This document shows, in pieces, positions 62,331-64,000 of a stretch of 64,000 bases of DNA. The stretch spans positions 96,474,001 through 96,538,000 of the forward strand of contig CM059432.1 in NCBI GenBank assembly GCA_030390025.1, written 5' to 3'. Under the pieces are notes generated by a model. It did no database searches. It saw nothing but the letters and a program-made list of their open reading frames with translations, and was not told the DNA's origin. The position numbers were made by a program, and so were the translations under genes. Source of the DNA: Squalus acanthias (lineage: Eukaryota). Every line of letters starts with the position of its first letter. Positions within the stretch are counted from its first letter, which is position 1.

Positions 62331-63489
62331 ATTTTGATGGGGTTGAGAAATAGATGACAATTTGAAGTGCAGCTAGACCCTTAGGCAGTTTTAGGCAGTT
62401 ATTGTTTCTTTTTAATGGCTTTATTGCTGTTGAACCACTTTAATCATATTTTTGGTGGATTTAAACATGCTTAAAAGTGTCTATTCGTGTCTCTGTCAAT
62501 CGAAATGTAAAAGATCCGAATAATATAGATTTTTTTAGTCCGACTGCTGCAATATTGCTCTCTGGTGGTATCTCTGCAGAACTGCATGGATTAATATCCC
62601 TCATAACTTGAACAGCATAGCTGAAAAGCATGAGTGCCTTTATAGAAAATATTCCATTTTGTCGATGTATTCACCCCACAAGTGGAGGAGCACTGAATAA
62701 TTAATGAGCACAATTAACTTGGGTGAACTCTATACACAGAAAATACCAGAAATACACAGCAGATCAGTCAGAAGTTTAGCGAAAAAGATAGTTTAGCAAT
62801 TGAGTTGGGGCCTTTAATTCGAAGTTTGTTAGAGTTGTGAGATAATGCTGCATTCTACACCTCAGCTGGCAGTTTATTAACTTTTTTTGTTATGTCTGTT
62901 ACCAACCTTTACACTGCAGAATATCTCGTCATAGTGATTGTGCCAGCATGCCGCGTGAAACAGGAAGCTGTTAGTGTGGTAGTTGAATACTAGATAAGGG
63001 CAACATTGATGGAGCTTGGAGTACACAAAGAGGCAATTATTATGAATGTGAAGTTGGTGCATGTAAATTGTGCCTCAGTGGGCTGTGCCATGTGTGTTGG
63101 GGCAGTTGACGTCAGTGGGTTAAGATTAACTGGATTCCAAAACCCCGCCATGATGACTAAATTTAATCCTGGGGAGTAACCACTAGATTAACAAACAAAC
63201 CACAACAGTGGTAAAATACTCCACGGCCCCAAAAATCTGCAGGTCCAGTGAGCGCGGCACTTAGGTCGGGATCACACCTGCTGGAAGCCTCTGCTGCCGA
63301 CCTCAGTGAACTTTCCGGGGTCGGGGGAGGTTTCCTAATCAGCCTGCAAATGGCAGGTGCCTGTATCATTAAAAGCACATATGAGGCGCCTGCCACATGA
63401 AATAAGCCAGAACATCCAATGTAGGAGCTATACTATAAATAGGAAGAACTGTTAGCCCCATGCTGTGCAATCCCAGTCACAGCTACAGT

Positions 63490-63650
63490 AGTTTAGTGGT
63501 TATTTTACTGGACTAGTAATCCAGAGGCGTGGACTGATAATCCAGCGAAAGTGAGTTCAAATCCCACCATTGAGAACGTGAATCCGCTTTAAAAATTCAC
63601 TCATGTCCTTCAGAGAAGGAAACCTACTGTCCTTACACAGTCGAACCTAT
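63490..63650 (+). mobile_element. tRNA-derived SINE head, truncated by a MITE
   Basis: tagtggttattttactggactagtaatccagagg...gagttcaaatcccacca (A/B box-like), then atgtccttcagagaaggaaacct. Confidence 0.55.
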
Positions 63651-64000
63651 GGGGGGAATTTTCCCAGCCCTGGGGAGGTGGGTATGGAGGCGGGACTGCC
63701 GGGAAAATGGCAGAAACTGGGAGCAGAAACCGACCCCGCTCTCAACCCGCCTCCGTGCCATCTTCCCAGGAGGCGGGTCCCCGAGTCGCGCAGGGACCAG
63801 TCCCCTCGAGGCGGGAAGGGGATTAGAGCCAATTAACTGCCTGTTAACAGGCAGTTTTGAGGCTTTACCCATTTTACGCCTGCAAATGCGGGCTTCCCGA
63901 CTGCTGCAAACCTCGCCAGGGTCAGCAAGGCGAGCAGTGGGTCTGCGGGGGTGAGAGGGGTCAAAATGTCAGCTGTAGAGGTGAGTGATGGGTGCAAGTG
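63651..64000. mobile_element. Left end of a GC-rich Harbinger-type MITE running off the window
   Basis: Starts ggggggaattttcc; CpG-rich; similar terminus to the other MITEs. Confidence 0.5.

Noticed and set aside
1..64000. CRISPR arrays, rRNA, or functional tRNA genes
   Set aside because: No regularly spaced repeat-spacer array or rRNA sequence was seen. The tRNA-like matches are only PBS complements and a SINE head.

Overview
Repeat-dense vertebrate genomic DNA, most likely from a cartilaginous fish. That host is inferred from the repeat repertoire (CR1, L2, RTE and Zenon-like LINEs, Penelope-like elements carrying hammerhead ribozymes, Deu-type SINEs, PIF/Harbinger derivatives) and is not proven. 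No intact cellular protein-coding gene was found. A CpG-rich, apparently non-coding first exon on the minus strand (~9.3-9.95 kb) points out of the window to the left. Two retroviral-type structures dominate. (1) 15,694-33,387: a minus-strand tandem array of four LTRs and three internal domains from a non-autonomous, tRNA-His-primed LTR element with env-like remnants. Diagnostic variants reconstruct its growth as two unequal crossovers. (2) 37,608-45,933: a defective endogenous retrovirus with a 5-bp TSD, a perfect tRNA-Ser(GCU) PBS, two-knuckle Gag, an in-frame UGA gag-pro junction, a spuma/loki-like RT signature, deleted RNase H and env, and a candidate spliced accessory ORF. Many nested insertions have readable TSDs. 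All calls come from reading the sequence by eye; no database searches were run.
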